A stretch of DNA of 64,000 nucleotides from Octopus vulgaris (GCA_951406725.2 OX597815.1:205530001-205594000), one strand, 5' to 3'. Counted from the stretch's first letter, positions 24,555 to 37,964 are shown. The notes: generated by a model not told the origin, from the letters alone. Made by a program: numbers and translations.

Positions 24555-25061
24555 CCGTAAATCCTCAAGTATAGTCCACCCTTGAGTATGATATGCAGGG
24601 GATTTTTAGGGGGCTGTACCTCTGAAAAACCCAAACCTTGTGTATAATACACACCCCTTCTCTAACTTGAGTCAAGGAGGTCTATATAATGTCCTTGGTT
24701 TGTAAAAATGTATACGATAACGTCCTTTATTATTATTGTATATATAACAATGCAAACGTGTAGCTTTTTTGTGCATTTTGTTTGCAGAAAATAAAGAAAT
24801 AACAGTAATGTTTAATAAATGTTGCTTACTGCAAGTTACGGATGATTCTTTTATGACTTCATTGCTTTCAGGTTTAGCTTAAGGTATTTTCGCACCCGAC
24901 ATCACAAGATGCATCTGAATAAGCATTGCCGGACAGCAAATAGAGACTCGGACATTGCTTAGAAAATAATTTTCATTTTTAACCTCGTATATAGTACGCA
25001 CTAGGGATTTTGACCTTTAAATTTTGGGGAAAAAATGCAGATTATACTCGAGGATTTATGC
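24555..25061. mobile_element. pogo/Tigger-like MITE
   Basis: TA|CCGTAAATCCTCAAGTATA ... TATACTCGAGGATTTATGC|TA imperfect TIRs. Confidence 0.75.
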
Positions 25062-25376
25062 TACTGGTTTGACTATGTAGTTAAGATGTTTGCAACTGCA
25101 TGGTTTTGATTCAGTCACACTTTGTGGTACCTTGGGCAAGTGTTCTTTACCATAGCTTTGGACCATTGCCTTGTGAGTAAATTTGGTAGTTGGAAACTGT
25201 GTGTCTGTGTGGATATTTTCATTGTTCTGCGCTGAGCTATGGTTGGTAATGTTTTTTGACATTTCCATCCACAATTTGTCGATAAATATTTGCCTGCTAG
25301 CATACGGATGGGGAATGAACAAAATGTTTCTAATATTTAGAGAGGTAGTTAATTCTTCTCCTTTTCACCTTTCCAG

Positions 25377-25586
25377 GATGGGACAAAGAATGAGCGAGAA
25401 ATTGATAACTCAGATGATGCAGCATTAGCCAACCAAAGAAGAATGAATGCAGACCCATTGGAAGTGATGCTGATGAATATGGGATACCGGATCACTGGAG
25501 TATTAGATATGGATGATGAAGATCAGGAGAGTGGACCGTCTACAGATAGCCGAAGTGAGCAACATTTGCAATGTCGGCCTAGTTAG
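25377..25586 (+). CDS. WDTC1: WDTC1 last coding exon
   Basis: ttccag|GAT...TAG. Encodes ANQRRMNADPLEVMLMNMGYRITG...QCRPS*, the characteristic WDTC1 C-terminus. An AT-rich 3'UTR with several AATAAA follows. Confidence 0.96.
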   Translation, partial: DGTKNEREIDNSDDAALANQRRMNADPLEVMLMNMGYRITGVLDMDDEDQESGPSTDSRSEQHLQCRPS

Positions 25587-26794
25587 GTTATATTGGACTT
25601 ACGGATTAGTTTTAACTGAAAGCAGTCCTGCTTTCATTCACCATGGCCAACTTAACTTTTTGCAATGAAAACACAAACAGTTATTAAAATGGTTGTAAAG
25701 GAGATATAGCAGAGTTTTTCCCCTTGTTCATCCTAATCGGTTTTTTTTAACCAACCAATTCCATTCCCTTTTTTTATTTTTATTTTTTTTTTTTTATTTT
25801 ACTGATGTTTCTTTACCTTAAACCTACATTATTTTGTGTGTGATTTCTTTTTCGTTATTTTTTTTCTAATTTCACATAAAATTTATTTCCTTTGCATTTA
25901 ATTTAATTTTTTTTTTTTCACCTGTTATTGTCAACATCACACCTTTTTTTTATATTCTTTTTTTTTTATTTTTTTTTATTAGTTTATGATCGTTTTGCAC
26001 ATGTTTACCACCTGGAATCAACGTGCATTTAGCATATAACAGGTGTTTTAACTTAGGTGAATAAAAAGATTATGCTGGAGAAAGTATTAGGGTGTTTTTT
26101 GTTTTGTTTTTTGTTTTTTTTCCAATCAAAAATGCAAAAGAAAAAAAGTCAACTATTTGAAACTCTGCATTGAACAGAGGGATGTTTTTCTATGCTGTTT
26201 GTAATAATAATAATAATGATATTAATAAACCCACTTGAAATAGGGCTCCATTATCACCATACAAATTAAGAACCTTTCTTGTCTATTTTTAAACACCATT
26301 TGGAATTTAGTCTTGCATATCATACTGGACTTCCTTTTTATTAATTTGGCTTGGTTAACTTAAAAGATGCAAATTACTGTTTTGTTTACAAAAAAAAAAA
26401 AATAAATAAATTATTGATGATATAATAAAAAGAATGGAGAATTGTAGCAATTTGTTAGAACATTTTTCTTTTATTTGTGGCAGGTGCCATGGTGAGGTGA
26501 TAAATTTTCGGCAAATCGAAGCCACAGCCTGGTTTCAATTCCTACCCAGAACCATTTCATTTCTGACACTAATGCCTTTGGGGAAGGCATGAAGATCACA
26601 AATCCCATGTCATTTTGTTAAGTCTGAGGCATGCATCATGTCTGCTGAAAGAAAGATTTACATCCTATGAAATATTAGTGGTGGAGCTGTTATGAAGTGG
26701 TATTCTTTCATCTCAGTGTTTCTACAAACATTTCTTTCATAATTGGACTTGTGATATTTGAGCAAGAATTTTTCCTTATGTAGTTTATTTTTAA

Positions 26795-27013
26795 CCCTTT
26801 AGCATTCGGATTCTTCTGTCAAATGTTCTGCTTATTGATTCACATTGTTTTGAATTAATCATGGATTATCTTGTAGTTTCGAGACTTTGATAATGTGATT
26901 ATTTTTACAATAACATTGTAGTAGTGTATATGTGAGAGGCTGCATCTGGCCAGTTTGAACTTAAAACAAGTAGAATGTGTAGGCCAGATATGAATGGTTT
27001 TAATGCTCAAGGT
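26795..27013 (+). mobile_element. piggyBac-type MITE family 2
   Basis: TTAA|CCCTTTAGCATT...AATGCTCAAGG. Second copy at 61327-61546. Confidence 0.75.
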
Positions 27014-27262
27014 TTGTTTCAGATAGAAGAGGTGAAATAGTTGAGCTGATCTATTGTATTAGTGGCATTAAAAAATAAAACCATGATTTTTCTTTGAAAA
27101 TATTAGTAAAAAAGAAAAGGGTTTTCTCTTTTTAAAAGAAGCCATTTATAAACAAGTTTCATTTTATTATTTCTTATTAGTTACTTAGTAACAGAAGGGC
27201 AGTACCCATGAGCTTCACATATTCTGGCAAGATTGGTGCTTTTGATGCTTAATTTGAACATA

Positions 27263-27427
27263 GGCGCAGGAGTGGCTGTGTGGTAAGTAGCTTGCTAACC
27301 AACCACATGGTTCCGGGTTCAGTCCTACTGCGTGGCATCTTGGGCAAGTGTCTTCTGCTATAGCCCCGGGCCAACCAGTGCCTTGTGAGTGGATTTGGTA
27401 GACGGAAACTGAAAGAAGCCTGTCGTA

Positions 27428-27466
<39 letters not shown>

Positions 27467-27660
27467 CTGTGTTTGTCCCCCTCGCATTGCTTGACAACCG
27501 ATGCTGGTGTGTTTACGTCCCCGTCACTTAGCAGTTCGGCAAAAGGGACCGATAGAATAAGTACTAGGCTTACAAAGAATAAGTGTTGGGGGTCGATTTG
27601 CTCGATTAAAGGCGGTGCTCCAGCATGGCCGCAGTCAAATGACTGAAACAAGTAAAAGAG
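27263..27660 (+). mobile_element. SINE family A
   Basis: Full-length copy. Confidence 0.92.
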
Positions 27661-28265
27661 TATGTCAGTTAACATCTGCTGGGAGAGAAAGATCAAGGGG
27701 GGTGCCTTTTAGGAATGAAGGTTAGGTAAAATGTAATGGAAGAAGGAGAGAGAGGGAGAGCAAGGGGCATCGAGTGATCCAGGGTAGATGTATTCAGTAA
27801 AGTAGAATCATTTCTGATATTGGTTGAATAGGCAGAGGGAATCTTTACAAACCACAATCAGCTTGATCTTTTGGCTGCAGACAATATGTTTGTTCTCCAG
27901 CAGCTATATTCCAACGAGGCCCTTGAATTTCTTTGCATTTTCAAATGACAAGAGCAGGCCTGATCTTTCAGGTTGCTGTTTGGCAGGCCAGCTCCTATTC
28001 AAACCGTCCAACCCATGCCAGCATGGAAAACAAACATTAAATGATGACAATGATATTGATTCTTAGAAGAGAATGCGAGGCTTAGAATTTCCTAGGGAGT
28101 TCGAGAGGTTTTAATTTTGTTGTTTATCAAGCGGGTATATGATATAAGAATGTTTTCTTGCCTTAAGTAGGGAATATTATTTGGAGTTTTTTAAAAGAGA
28201 TTAGACTGACCTCCATTAAAGAATGTTTTCAAGGTTTCTGTTGAAGAAGGCTGCTCATATCTTAC

Positions 28266-28475
28266 TTTACTTTTACATGTTTCAGTCATTTGACTGCGGC
28301 CATGCTGGAGCACCGCCTTTAGTCGAGCAAATTGACCCCGGGACTTATTCTTTGTAAGCCCAGTACTTATTCTATCGGTCTCTTTTTGCCGAACCGCGAG
28401 GTGACGGGGACGTAAACACACCAGCATCGGTTGTCAAGCAATACTAGGGGGACAAACACAGATACACACACATAC

Positions 28476-28508
<33 letters not shown>

Positions 28509-28671
28509 CGACAGGCTTCTTTCAGTTTCCGTCTACCAAATCCACTCACAAGGCTTTGGTCGGCCCGAGGCTATAATAGAAGACATTTGCCCAAGATGCC
28601 ACGCAGTGGGACTGAACCTGGAACCATGTAGTTCATAAGCAAGCTACTTACCACACAGCCACTCCTGCGCC
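28266..28671 (-). mobile_element. SINE family A
   Basis: Reverse-complement copy. Confidence 0.92.
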
Positions 28672-28915
28672 TAGCATAAATTATCTAAATTGCAATGGAA
28701 AGAGGCCTTTGTATGTGTGCTTGGAAAGTGAATGAGTTAAGTGCGGTTCCATCTGCATAGGAGATGAAGTGAAGAAGTGACAGGAAGTATAAAAGACATA
28801 ACTGACCCTGGGGTACATCACAATTTTTAGTGTCAGTAATCTTTTGAGAACACACAATCTATCCAAGGTATGAGAGATGAAATTTGAAGTTCCTACATGT
28901 AAAGAGACTCTAGAC

Positions 28916-29094
28916 CAGTGGTTTTCAACCAGGGTTCCGCAAGAAGTTACAAAACTGCAAAAATCGGCAGTAATTTTTAATTCTCCTGTGCAGATATGTG
29001 GGCATAAGACTATTAAATTATTACACAGGGGTTCCTCGAGCCAGTGGAATGTTTCCTTGGGGTTCCACTCCAGCAAAAAGTTTGAAAAGCACTG
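28916..29094. mobile_element. hAT (Charlie-like) MITE
   Basis: CAGTGGTTTTCAA..TTGAAAAGCACTG with 8-bp TSD CTCTAGAC on both sides. Confidence 0.9.
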
Positions 29095-29433
29095 CTCTAG
29101 ACCATTCATTGACTGGAAAAATCTGTGTTGTACTTGTAGTCTAAAAGCCAGTAGCTTAAGTAGAAATTTCTCACATTATAAATATAGTTGAATATTTCCT
29201 AATGTCAAAAGCAACAGCATTCTTCTCACTCAAGTTCTTTTGTTTAGTCTGGAGTTGAAAGCAAGATGGGTCGCAGATGTGGCTTTATCAACACAAATGT
29301 TATTTACTCCCACATTAGTCCTAGAGTGGTTTTGACTGCTACACAATTAGTAGCCTTACAAATCTTTACAATTGTTTACTTTCATCAAAGGGGAGTTGCA
29401 ATTTTGATGCAAAATTAGGTAAAATGTCCAGAT

Positions 29434-29818
29434 AGGCGCAGGAGTGGCTGTGTGGTAAGTAGCTTGTTTACCAACCACATGGTTCCGGGTTCAGTCCCAC
29501 TGTGTGGCACCTTGGGCAAGTGTCTTCTACTATAGCCTCGGGCCAACCAAAGCCTTGTGAGTGGATTTGGTAGACTGAAACTGAAAGAAGCCCGTCGTAT
29601 ATATGTATATGTATGTGTGTGTGTTTGTCCCCCTAACATTGCTTGACAACCGATGCTGTGTGTTTATGTCCCTGTCACTTAGCGGTTCGGCAAAAGAGAC
29701 CGATAGAATAAGTACTGGGCTTACAAAGAATAAGTCCCGGGGTCGATTTGCTCGATTAAAGGTGGTGCTCCAGCATGGCCGCAGTCAAATGACTGAAACA
29801 AGTAAAAGAGTAAAGAGA
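29434..29818 (+). mobile_element. SINE family A
   Basis: Full-length copy. Confidence 0.92.
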
Positions 29819-30216
29819 GAGATAGGTTGACAAAAGCCTTGTGCTGGTTTGGGTCAAGGTGGTATGAAGTGGCAACAGAAAGAACAAATGTATCAGTACC
29901 AATGAACAACATATTGCCTAAGCAAAGTTCTTTTCTTTTGGGGTGTGGAGCACTCTTTGGTCTTGAAACAAAATATTCATTGTAAAAGAACTTAGAATAC
30001 TTCCAAAATGAGGAACTTCCCAAAGGTCATCAAAAATCATATTTAGTGTTTATACATGTTTCGTTTTGTGTTATATGTGACTAGACTGTTTTAAAAATTA
30101 ATTTTCAGGTCCTCATAACACACTATTTTGTTGTTAGTGAAAAACATATTGAGGTGGCAAGAGGATAAAGCTGATGTCAGAATATGAGAGCATAGAGAGT
30201 ATAGAAGTAGTATTAA

Positions 30217-30430
30217 CCCTTTTGATACCAACCCGGCTGAAACTGGCTCTGGCTACAAATGTCTTGTTTTCATAAGTTTTGAATTAAAATCTCCCACCAA
30301 ACCTTAGCCACAATTTATGTTCCTAACACTAGCTGAGTGATAACTAAGTTATTTTACTAAATTCTTTGTTATATTTGAAGTAATTGAAAGAAATACAGAG
30401 CATCTCAAAATAAATACAGTAATGAAAGGG
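30217..30430 (+). mobile_element. piggyBac-type MITE family 1
   Basis: TTAA|CCC...GGG|TTAA, matches the 10201 copy. Confidence 0.88.
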
Positions 30431-30649
30431 TTAACCTAAAAGTGGAGCTGAAAGTAATGCAGAAAAGATGAGCAGGATTATTCCTTTTTTTTTCCTATGT
30501 TGGCTTTATTAGTGAAGCTTTCATTTTTCCATAATTTCTCTATCTTTATCAGCTCAAAAAGAAAACAAGCAGTAAAAAGAGATTGTTTCTCTCACTACTG
30601 AAGTTAAATCAAATGTAATTCAATTGTTTAAATGGTTCTGGCTGCTGTG

Positions 30650-30893
30650 CAGGTGGTAAGTAAAAAAACACCATTTCAGCGAGGCCTTTGTCAGTAACGC
30701 CTGACTGGCCTTCGTGCCAGTGGCATGTAAAAGCACCCACTACACTTTCGGAGTGGTTGGCATTAGGAAGGTCATCCAGCTGTAGAAACTCTGCCAGATC
30801 AAGATTGGAGCAGCCATCTGGTTTGCCAGTCCTCAGTCAAATCGTCCAACCCATGCTAGCATGGAAAGCAGACGTTAAATGATGACGACGACG
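30650..30893 (+). mobile_element. RTE-LINE 3'-end fragment
   Basis: Family match. Confidence 0.8.
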
Positions 30894-32003
30894 ATATAGT
30901 ATATTTCAACAGAAATGTGGTAACAAAAGGGTTAAATCATTATTTTACCACCCGTTTGTCAAAGTTGGTAGGTCAGACAGATTTACTATTTCTTATAATT
31001 ATGTGAGGCTTTGTACAGCAAAACCTCACCTCACTTTGTCTTTGTGTATTCCACCTCTTCCTCCTCTACCTCATCATCATCGGTTAGCATTTGTTTTCCA
31101 CGCTAGTCCTGTCAAATCGTCCAACCCTTGCTAGCATGGAAAGCGGACATCAAACGATGATGATGTTCGTCTAAAACAACAGGGTAAACTATCCCCTAAA
31201 AGACGGGTACACTAACTTCCTGTCAAAGGCAATCATCATTTTGAAAGTAGAGAGAGGTCATGGTCAGAGAAAATAAAGCCACAAACATGCATTACTTGAT
31301 TTTCAATGAACACTTTGACGATTAGTAGAAGTACATCCAAATTGCTTTAGAGAAATTATTTTTTTCTATATAGAAAAATAATTTTGATTTATAACTAGCA
31401 GTAAAACAAGTTGATGGAACCTTGTGTAAATTTGATAGAAAAAAGTAATTTCATTATATAAACTTTTACATGTACTTTCAAAACAAGTCTAAAACTTTTC
31501 CTGATATCATTTGAAATGGAAGAGTTATAAACAGGAATATATAAATATTGTATACATCAGTAAGGAGATTGGAAATAGGAAAATGTTTTGTAAGGATAAA
31601 AAAAAATTGCATATAAGTTACAAAAAGAAAAAAATCTTTTTAATGAGACAATGAGAATAAAATTATGCAAAATGAATTTTATCATGAATGAATAGATAGG
31701 TACAGTCAAATGAAAATCATCCAAATGGTCTGTGGAGTGACTGGCTTTTGAACAAAAAATAACATGATACTAATAATTAGAACTATGTAGGAATATCCAG
31801 TGAGTTCTCATTTAATGGTTCCAATTTATTTGAAGTCCATAATCATTTCTCATTTTTTTTTTTAAAGGGGAAATGTTCAATATATATATATTTTTTGTAA
31901 TTATTTATTTATATAATAAGAAAATTAGTGAAAGGACTCGACCAAACATCCATTCACCATAACTCTTGTCTGTTGCAGTCTTAAGTTGTTAAAAGAACAG
32001 CTT

Positions 32004-32115
32004 TCATCTTGAAGAACTAGAGCTAGAGCGACTGTACCGCCGTCGCCTAGCGGGGGATCTGGACCGAGTGCGCCGTCTTGGAGGAGAACGTCGTCTTGGA
32101 GGCGGGGGAGGAGAC
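32004..32115 (-). CDS. RNPS1: RNA-binding protein with serine-rich domain 1, last coding exon
   Basis: ttcag|G TCT CCT... encodes SPPPPPRRRSPPRRRTRSRSPARRRRYSRSSSSSSR*. Confidence 0.93.
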
Positions 32116-33678
32116 CTGAAATCAGACATTGAGAACATTCAAACAGATATATCTATGCCTATCAATGCTAAGATGATAGTTTCCATATACATCCACTCAA
32201 TTTGCTGGAGAGCAAAATCTACCTCTTGCAAGTGGCCATTTATAATTATAAAAATAGTGAACAAGTAAAAGACATTTACAGTTTCTATTCTTATTCACTT
32301 TTGCATGTTTCCTTTTTATTTTTTTAGTGCAAATATTGACAAAACAATCAATTTACAACAAAAGGCTTTGCCTTGGGTATCGTTGCAGCTCCACTTAGTT
32401 AACTTTAATCAGTGTACAAGTAAAACTGATCACTCTCAGAAACTGATGCGTATCACCGAATTGGTACTAATTTGATTATCTGGTCTATTAAAGTATTACG
32501 TTTTATACTTGAACATCTAACCAGCATATAAAAGAGGCATTGTAAATTTGCCAATATATTTCTGGCCAAACTAAAAAAAAAAGATACTGAAACAAGTTTC
32601 TGATTTTAAATTTCACATTAAAACAAAAGGCTCAAAATAATTTGCCCAATGACTAAATCCTCAAGCTAACATAGCAGAAATAAAATAACAGTGCAAAGAG
32701 CAACATCTTAAATAACACCAGTTATTTCTTTCCCTGGTATCTGTTTCCCCCCACTTCAAGTCTTTCACACAATTTTTTTTTTTTTACTATCAACTTTATA
32801 TCCATTTTTCCATGCTTGCATGGGTGAAATGGCCCTTTTGTAGGAGCAATTGTTTTTACAGATGGATGCCTTTCCTACTATTAATCACTCAACTATGAAA
32901 TAAAAATGGAACACAAATTTGGGGCTTTATAATTCCTAGAGAGAACATGCAAGTCTAACGACCAAAGGATTGCAATTATAACCTAGCTGAGTCGCATTTA
33001 GCTTCGGTGCTGTTAGATGTTGGTAAGTATTTCTATAATAATTCAATACTATATTAGAATTTTAATCAATTGCTCTTTTGTTAGAGTACAGAAAGTTAGG
33101 ACTGAACCTGGATAGCTGTGTCTGCTGTCTGATGTTGGCCATCTTCCAGCTTGGTTGAAATCGGCTTGATTTGAAGTTGTTTGTTAAAACCTTAGCAAAG
33201 TCTTTTCTGGAAGTAGGAAGTATAGTAACAGAAAGTTAAGAGGTTAGCTAGATGATGCAGTCAACAGGACACCAATGTGTTCAAGACAGTGATAACAGTA
33301 AGGCTTCCCTGCACTTTCTTATGCACTTTTCGAGTGCATTGAATTTCAAGCATTTGCAGTATATCAGCCACCACTTTTAACACTGTACACAACACATCAA
33401 TAATAATTTAACCACTACGGAATTCAACGGGTAGGTATTCCTCTAGACATGTTAAGCACCACCATGCCTAACTGGCTGCATAAAGAGGCCAATACTGAGA
33501 AAGCATAGACATTTAAAAACAAGTTCTGTTGACATATTTTCAGTGATATTCAAGCATGATGACCAGTCAGTTGCAATGGAGCCAGCTAAACCCGACCTGA
33601 CTAATGAAACCTAAGTGAAGATACCAAGGGGAGACAGAAAAATATGGTCTATAGAATAAAGTGTAAAAAAATACAAAC

Positions 33679-33817
33679 CTGCGCCTATCTCTGAATCTCG
33701 GAGGAGATGGACGCCATCGTGGAGGTAGCCTACGTATGGGACTACGACGAGGGATCACTCTGGTAGGTCTAGGTGCAAGTACAGCAGCTGCTGTAATTTC
33801 TTGGCCGTCAATTTGAG
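33679..33817 (-). CDS. RNPS1: RNPS1 exon 5
   Basis: AQIDGQEITAAAVLAPRP...SPPRFRDRRR, AG/GT bounded and phases match. Confidence 0.95.
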
Positions 33818-34501
33818 CTGAAAACAGAAATAGAAACGAAATCATTATTAAGAAAACACAATTTCAATCAAATAAATCAGTAAGTGACATTTCTTAGTTT
33901 ATATAAGTTTTAAAATGCTTAACATCCACTTTTCCATGCTTTTATAGGCAAAACAGAATTCTTTGAGGCAGATTTCCTATGGCCAGGCATGTTCTAGTAT
34001 TATTCTTCATGTTACTAATATTAATTCAACTCTAAACTTGTAGTAATATTGATAGTATAATTAACCTGAATTTGCACTTAATTTCATTTAAAAATAATTA
34101 AGGTGGGACTACAGTTTGTAGTATCAGATGTTTCTCAACAACTGATTGTAATGAAATCCTGTACTGGTGACTGTGATTGGTTAAAATGCTTCTTTTAATA
34201 AATGCTGTCAATGTGTGTTACTGCAATCATCAAACATCACGCCTAAGCCCCATACTGATTGGTCAAAATAGGTGGAGCCTAGCAGAAAGTATTTAAAGGA
34301 AAAAATTCAATCATTTCACTTCAGTTAACAAATGTGAAGTACATTAGTTGTTTGTTAATCTGCTACATAAACATTTACCTGAAGATTGTTACAAAATATG
34401 TAAGCACTTGTAATATGCAATATTGAAAAAATTGTAAAAGTACGAAACGTGTGATAATCAAACTATGTTGGAATTTGATTGACAAATATATTTATAAGCA
34501 A

Positions 34502-34827
34502 TTGCAGCGTGGAAGGTGTTTGTAAGACATTTAAGAAACACACAAAAGCCGTTCGATTCACTTCAACATTTAAGTTTAATTTGTCAAAATATTTTCGTAG
34601 CTTTAAGACCACGACCTGTTCACTGACAGCACGGATTTTTGTCAGTGAACAGGTCACGGTCTTAAAGCGACGAAAATATTTTGGCAAATTAAACTTAAAT
34701 GTTGAAGTGAATTGAACGGCTTTTGTGTGTTTCTTAAATGTCTTACAAACACCTTCCACGCTGCAATTGTTTTCGTTTCAGCACACGATCTCAGATCAAA
34801 TCACTTGCTACGCAAGTACATCTCCGT
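34502..34827. mobile_element. Penelope-like insertion: ~130-bp-arm inverted repeat, 17-bp TSD
   Basis: AATATATTTATAAGCAA at 34485-34501 and 34828-34844. Arms at ~34499-34628 and ~34640-34769. Confidence 0.8.
34638..34688 (+). ncRNA. Minimal hammerhead-ribozyme-like motif with G3-C8 core swap (mirror copy on - at ~34580-34628)
   Basis: UUUGUCA-GUGAACA-G-GUC(G/A)C..GCGAC-GAA-AAUAUU-U-UG(A/G)CAAA, manual fold only. Confidence 0.6.
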
Positions 34828-34909
34828 AATATATTTATAAGCAACTTCATAAGTCCTGAATGACAAATAGACATATAGTTCAGGGTTTGTAAAATTGTGT
34901 GTATATATA

Positions 34910-36133
34910 TATCAAGTTGAGTAAAAAGTAAGCAATGGTTTGAAACCTGAAATTCATCACAATTTCAACAATGCAGAAATTTTATTCATCAAAGTTAGTA
35001 CCATTACAATCAACACTATTTTGCCAACGAGTTACAAGTTTGTTTATTCTGGTGACATAAAAATCCAGAACTCTAGAGTGGATGAACTCTCTGAATGTAC
35101 TTTCAGCATTGGTTTGATTTTTGAATTCCTTCTCTCACAGGAAACCATCAAAGTGCTTGAAAAAGTGATAATCAGCAGGAGAAAAGTCTGGGGAATAAGC
35201 TGGGTGGGGAAGAACTTCATAGCCAAGTTCCCTCAACTTCTGGAGTGCCATTAGCAAAACGTGGTCGAGCATTGTCATGAACGATGATTGGCCCTCTTCT
35301 GTTGACCAGTCTGAGACGAAGGAGTAGCAGTTTTTCATTCATTTTGGCAATTTCATGGCAATATGTTTCTGCAGTAATGATTTTAAAAGGTTTTAAGAAG
35401 TTATAGTGGATGAGTCCAGCAGTACACCACCAAACAGTCACCATAACCTTCTTTTTGAAGAGCTCGGGTTTAGGGAAGGTTTTTGGTGCTTCATTTTGGT
35501 CCAACCACTGCAAAGAACATTTTTTATTATTGTATAGAATCCACTTTTCATTGCAAGTTACAATACAGTTGGATCAATCTTGTTACAGAGAAGCAACAAG
35601 CAAATTTCATATCTGTGCATTTTCTAATTTTCATTCAAATCATGTAATACCTATTTGTCGAGCTTTATTGATTTTCCGATTGCATACAAATGGTTGCTAA
35701 CCTGAAGTTCTTTTTGCCAGTTCTCAAATGGTTTTACATGGATATTTCTCAATGATGGTCTTTAATTGACCATCATCGATGACAGATGGGCATCCGTTAT
35801 GCTTTTCAAGGCCTGGGTCAGGTCTCATTTAAGCCATTTTTGAGCTGACCACTCACTGGTCATTTCCTCACCAAACGTTTTGTTAATATCATAGTTAGAG
35901 CTACTCTACGTCCTTTTTTGAAGGAATATCGCACTTTGACAGTTCCATTTCAGACGATTGTAACAACAACGAAAAATATATCAATGTCAGTTTATTGATG
36001 TATTTGGGTAAGTCTGTGTTAGTATTATCAGACAATTGCAAAAGAATGTTTAAAAAATATCCAAAATTCTGCAAAAATCCTGTACAAATTCTTCGTGGTT
36101 CAAAACGTTGCTTACTTTTTACTCAACCTGATA
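34910..36133 (-). mobile_element. Decayed full-length mariner transposon (~1.2 kb)
   Basis: ~35-bp TIRs TATCA(A/G)GTTGAGTAAAAAGTAAGCAA in TA context. HDNARP and YSPDFSPADYHFF motifs, several frameshifts. Confidence 0.93.
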
Positions 36134-36393
36134 TATAATGGGTTTCTTTCAGTTTCTGCTTATCCAGTCACCAGGCCAAGGTTGGCCAAGGTGATGCACA
36201 ATGGGACTGAAACTAAAACCACAGGTTCATCAGAATTAAAAGAAATGACTACAGAACTTATTGAAACTTTACTAAGTCAAACAGCAATACAAGTGTCTTA
36301 TATTGTTTCAGTGCTCTACAGCAGTGGAATCCTGCACCTCTGGGTAGGCAGGAACAAGTGGGGTAGACCTATAAAAGAACACTCAATACATAC

Positions 36394-36632
36394 CACCATC
36401 CATGTACTTAATGGCTTTTTCTGCTTCAGCTGCGTTTTCATATTCAACATATGCAAAACCACGAGAAAAATTTGGATGAATCCGATCTGTAGGCATCTCT
36501 ATATGTCTTATGCTACCATATACAGAGAAAATTTCCATAATATGATCCTTGGAGACATTACGAGTTAATTTGCCAATATGTACTTTAGCAGTTTTGGGAG
36601 TGGGGCTACGTTGTTTTTTCCTTCTTGGAGAT
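36394..36632 (-). CDS. RNPS1: RNPS1 exon 4 (RRM)
   Basis: KVHIGKLTRNVSKDHIMEIFSVYG...SRGFAYVEYEN..AEKAIKYMDG, the RNPS1 RRM. Confidence 0.97.
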
Positions 36633-37931
36633 CTGAAAGATAAAATTAAAAGCACAAATGGGTGTTATATGATAGTCAAAGACAAAAGACATTTATGGAT
36701 TAAATATGAGGTATCGAGTTCATAGAACTAGCAATGTATTTCTACATAAAAGTTTCAAGGACAAATAAATAAATAAAGGAAAAGGGAAAAATTATTTCAG
36801 CAGCTCAAAATTTGGTAAGACTAATAAATTTTACAGTTACTTTTATTCTCTCATATATACATAAAAATAATATAAATATAAATAATATATACATATATGC
36901 AGATTCACAATTTTTTAAATTTATATCTTGTAGGATTTAACTACATTGTTTTTTGTCTTTCATCTTTCTCCGATAACTGCTGTTGATTCATAACATACAA
37001 ATCCATAGCCTTTTACCAATTTGGAAAATTAATAGGAGATCAAAGATTCTGAAAAATATATTTTTATATAAGCAATGATAAATCTCTGACCGAGATGTAA
37101 ACAGTAAGCGCTCGACAACGTAAAGTATACTAGCCATCTCAATATGGCTAACCACTAGGGATGAGGGGTGTTACTGTAGCATTTTAGCCCCAGGAGATCA
37201 TCGTCTCCAGCTGGCTTTAGACACAATCCTGTGCCCTTTAATGATACTGGAAAAACATTAAATAGATATTCGCAAACAGGTCTCTCTCATCAAAAACCCG
37301 TGATTAGTGTGTGTTGACAAGAGACAATAATTTCGAAACTGCAGTCCATGCGTATCACTTAGGTTTTCGAGAGGGGATGGCCTCCCTTTGCGAATTTCTT
37401 CCTACTCTATGTTGAGTTCAAATGCTACAATGTCGACTTTGCTTTTCATCAACAAAATAAAAACCAGCTGAGCACTGGAGCTGATCTAACTGACTATCCA
37501 CTCCCACAAAATTTCAGGCCTTTTGCCTATAGCAAAAAAGGTTATTAATGGAATGGGTTCACTAGTACATGAATAAAATTCAAGACTGAACTCTCATTTA
37601 GTGGGAACTGCTGAACCAGACTTCTCTTTCATCAAGTACTGAATATAACAGTCTTTTTAACATACTTTAGAAGTAATAGAAGAGTTAGTCATGGAAATCC
37701 CTTAAAAATATTAAATCAAATTTACTTCAGAAACTAACTATGACATTTTAGTTTTAAATAAATAACAACATAGAAATGCATTTATATAAAAGAAGATTAT
37801 TTTAACAGGCAGGGAAGACTATTGTTATGTGTTTATTAATCCTTTCTTAGATTAGGAAATGAATTCAAACAGATAAGTTTAGTGCAGGTAATGTTTAAAT
37901 TTGAATAGTTGCAGGACACAAATTGACAATT

Positions 37932-37964
<33 letters not shown>

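Noticed and set aside
34463-34759. Similar ORFs on both strands
   Set aside because: Consequence of the inverted repeat.
35044-35700. Domesticated SETMAR-like transposase gene
   Set aside because: Multiple frameshifts and stops, altered first catalytic motif, and TIRs still present.
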